A stretch of DNA of 10,678 bases from Oopsacas minuta (Eukaryota > Animalia > Porifera): positions 7,526 to 18,203 of the forward strand of contig JAKMXF010000164.1 of the NCBI GenBank assembly GCA_024704765.1. Reading direction: 5' to 3'. The notes beneath the pieces were generated by a model. That model did no database searches. It worked only from the letters and a program-made list of their open reading frames with translations, and had not been told where the DNA came from. This document shows positions 8,940 to 10,678 of the stretch, one piece after another (position 1 is the stretch's first letter; each line of letters begins with the position of its first letter). The position numbers and the translations under genes are program-made.

Positions 8940-10678
8940 TCATTCACATATATTTACTTCTTAGATTCATTAAATGTTAAATTCATATCACTCTTATCAA
9001 AATACAATATAGGGTAACTTTAAATATACATAGTATGAAATTTTTCCTTATGACGAGTAATTTTCTATCAGTTATATTAACTTAGATGTCAATTCACTTT
9101 TTGTCAATATCTTAAAAATGCTAGAACTCTTGAAGTTATATGTTCAATCATTTCAAATTTGCAACACACCAAGTACTTAACTTCATGCAAACTTTCTCTA
9201 ATTGAATATATCAAAACAACTATCTTGGCGAAAACAAATATTTCCCAACTAAAATCAAAGTTCTATTTTGAAAATTTTAAATTTAAACACATACACATTA
9301 CGTCTTCCTTTGTTCCAGATGATGTACATGACTTTGGAGAACTTACAATAGTTCCTCCGGACGTATTTCACATAAAAATACAATTCATTCTGTTCTACGA
9401 ATCTAGTGCAGCATATGAGTTGATTATCTATGGTCCCATATTATTATTCCTTTGAAATTATCCATGGTCCAAAAGTTTTACTATGTACAATTATGGTTGG
9501 CATTTCAAACATCTACTATGTACATAGAAAAATGCGGAATTGAAAATTGTCATTTTCAGACATATTTTCCACAGATTTTTCTTTGCTAACACATCATGAA
9601 AAATATACAAATGTGTTGTTTTAACGATTGGTAAAGATAGATAGGATCATTTAAGCATGCCATACTAAATTTGACATTGTTTCAAAGATTTTACGTACGA
9701 TTTTGACTCTTATAATTAATAAATGTGATGACTTCATATCCAGAAATTTTGAAGCCATAGGAGAAATTGATTACACAATTCGATTCTTCGGGTACGATAA
9801 ACTATTTGTAAACAATACATTACTTATGGCTATTTGATACTAGGGTACCTATTCTTTACCAACTATAGTTGATCGCTCTATAGTTGATACTAGTATTCTC
9901 GCAATTTGTTACTTCTTATTAACGAATAATATATTTCAATGGCGTACATTCAATATCTTTTGAGAAATTTACATGAAAGGAGGATATACAAACTGCTAAA
10001 AATATCCATTACTCAAAAGATATTGAATGTATACCATTGAAATATATTTTTGAAATAAAATTTCTACTCATCAAAAACTAGACGTCCAAAGGTTTTGCTT
10101 CATGATCCATACGATTCTGCTTAAGGCGATAATCGGGTGACTCTATAATTGCCCATCTTTTGCATATATAGATAGACCTCCGCATTTTCTTTATTAAAAT
10201 TCGATAATTGACTCCAGTTTATGACGCTTACTGTTCTGGTATTAGTTCCAATTTTGGTAAATGTAAAATACCAATGTTAGACTATAATAGATGTGTACCC
10301 ATAAAATAATATTGAGAAATATCTTCAAAATCTTTGGTCTGCAATTAATCAAGTAAATATTGCTTTTCTGTAACCTATTAATATGCAAATCCAAGAGTTA
10401 TATCGCAATACTCAGGTATATCTATTTCATGTTGAACTTAACGAGTGTGAAGTTGGCTGATTACACTATCCAACAAATTTTTAGCATTTTTTGCTTCTGG
10501 AATACACTGTAGTGTTTCTCATGTATTCAACCACCCTGATTCCAAATATGCAATCAGTTTTTCTCTATCAGGCAACGAATTTGAAAAATTCAATATTTTG
10601 GTTTTATCATTGTCCCAGTGTATTCCTATAAATATATCTCTTTAGTTTGGCTAATCAAATGCATACTTATGATTTAAT
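8940..10678 (-). pseudogene. Possible long decayed reading frame, unidentified
   Basis: One minus frame from 10677 gives protein-like stretches (RDIFIGIHWDNDKTKILNFSNSLPDREKLIAYLESGWLNT; DYRLKQNRMDHEAKPLDV*FLMSRNFISK) with about 19 stops in about 370 codons by hand count. The plus strand looks C>G skewed, as expected for minus-strand coding. Evidence is weak. Confidence 0.3.
9928..10048. repeat. 37-bp inverted repeat with 47-bp spacer
   Basis: 9928-9964 AATATATTTCAATGGCGTACATTCAATATCTTTTGAG versus the reverse complement of 10012-10048, AATATATTTCAATGGTATACATTCAATATCTTTTGAG: 35/37 identical. Confidence 0.92.

Noticed and set aside
9159-9455. 98-aa plus-strand ORF
   Set aside because: Starts at TTG, has no recognisable motif, is made of AT-rich codons, and lies opposite the putative decayed minus frame.
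9861-9888. Palindrome AACTATAGTT and CTATAGTTGAT repeated with a 15-bp period
   Set aside because: Ordinary short tandem duplication in AT-rich DNA.

Overview
AT-rich eukaryotic DNA that reads as a transposon graveyard, with no intact host gene, RNA gene or CRISPR array. From left to right: a hAT-type MITE (725-1166); a pogo/Tigger-like MITE (2268-2435); the 3' part of a DD37D (maT) Tc1/mariner transposase (2598-3427, -), joined at a single N (3428) to the 3' end of an unrelated Tc1-like element (+); a near-complete but dead Buster/Charlie-type hAT (3641-6019, -); orphan Tc1-like and Transib-like termini; and a 37-bp inverted repeat (9928-10048). The most notable feature is barely visible in the ORF track: a fragmented RAG1-core-like (Transib-superfamily) transposase at about 6960-8917 (+). 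It shows all three catalytic-site contexts, the C-x2-C / H-x4-H zinc ligands, and a degenerate C-terminal C-x2-C-x3-GH-C motif resembling the ProtoRAG CTT*. The sequence between the elements may be a long, heavily decayed minus-strand reading frame that I cannot identify. All translations were done by hand and family calls rest on motif recall; no database search was run.
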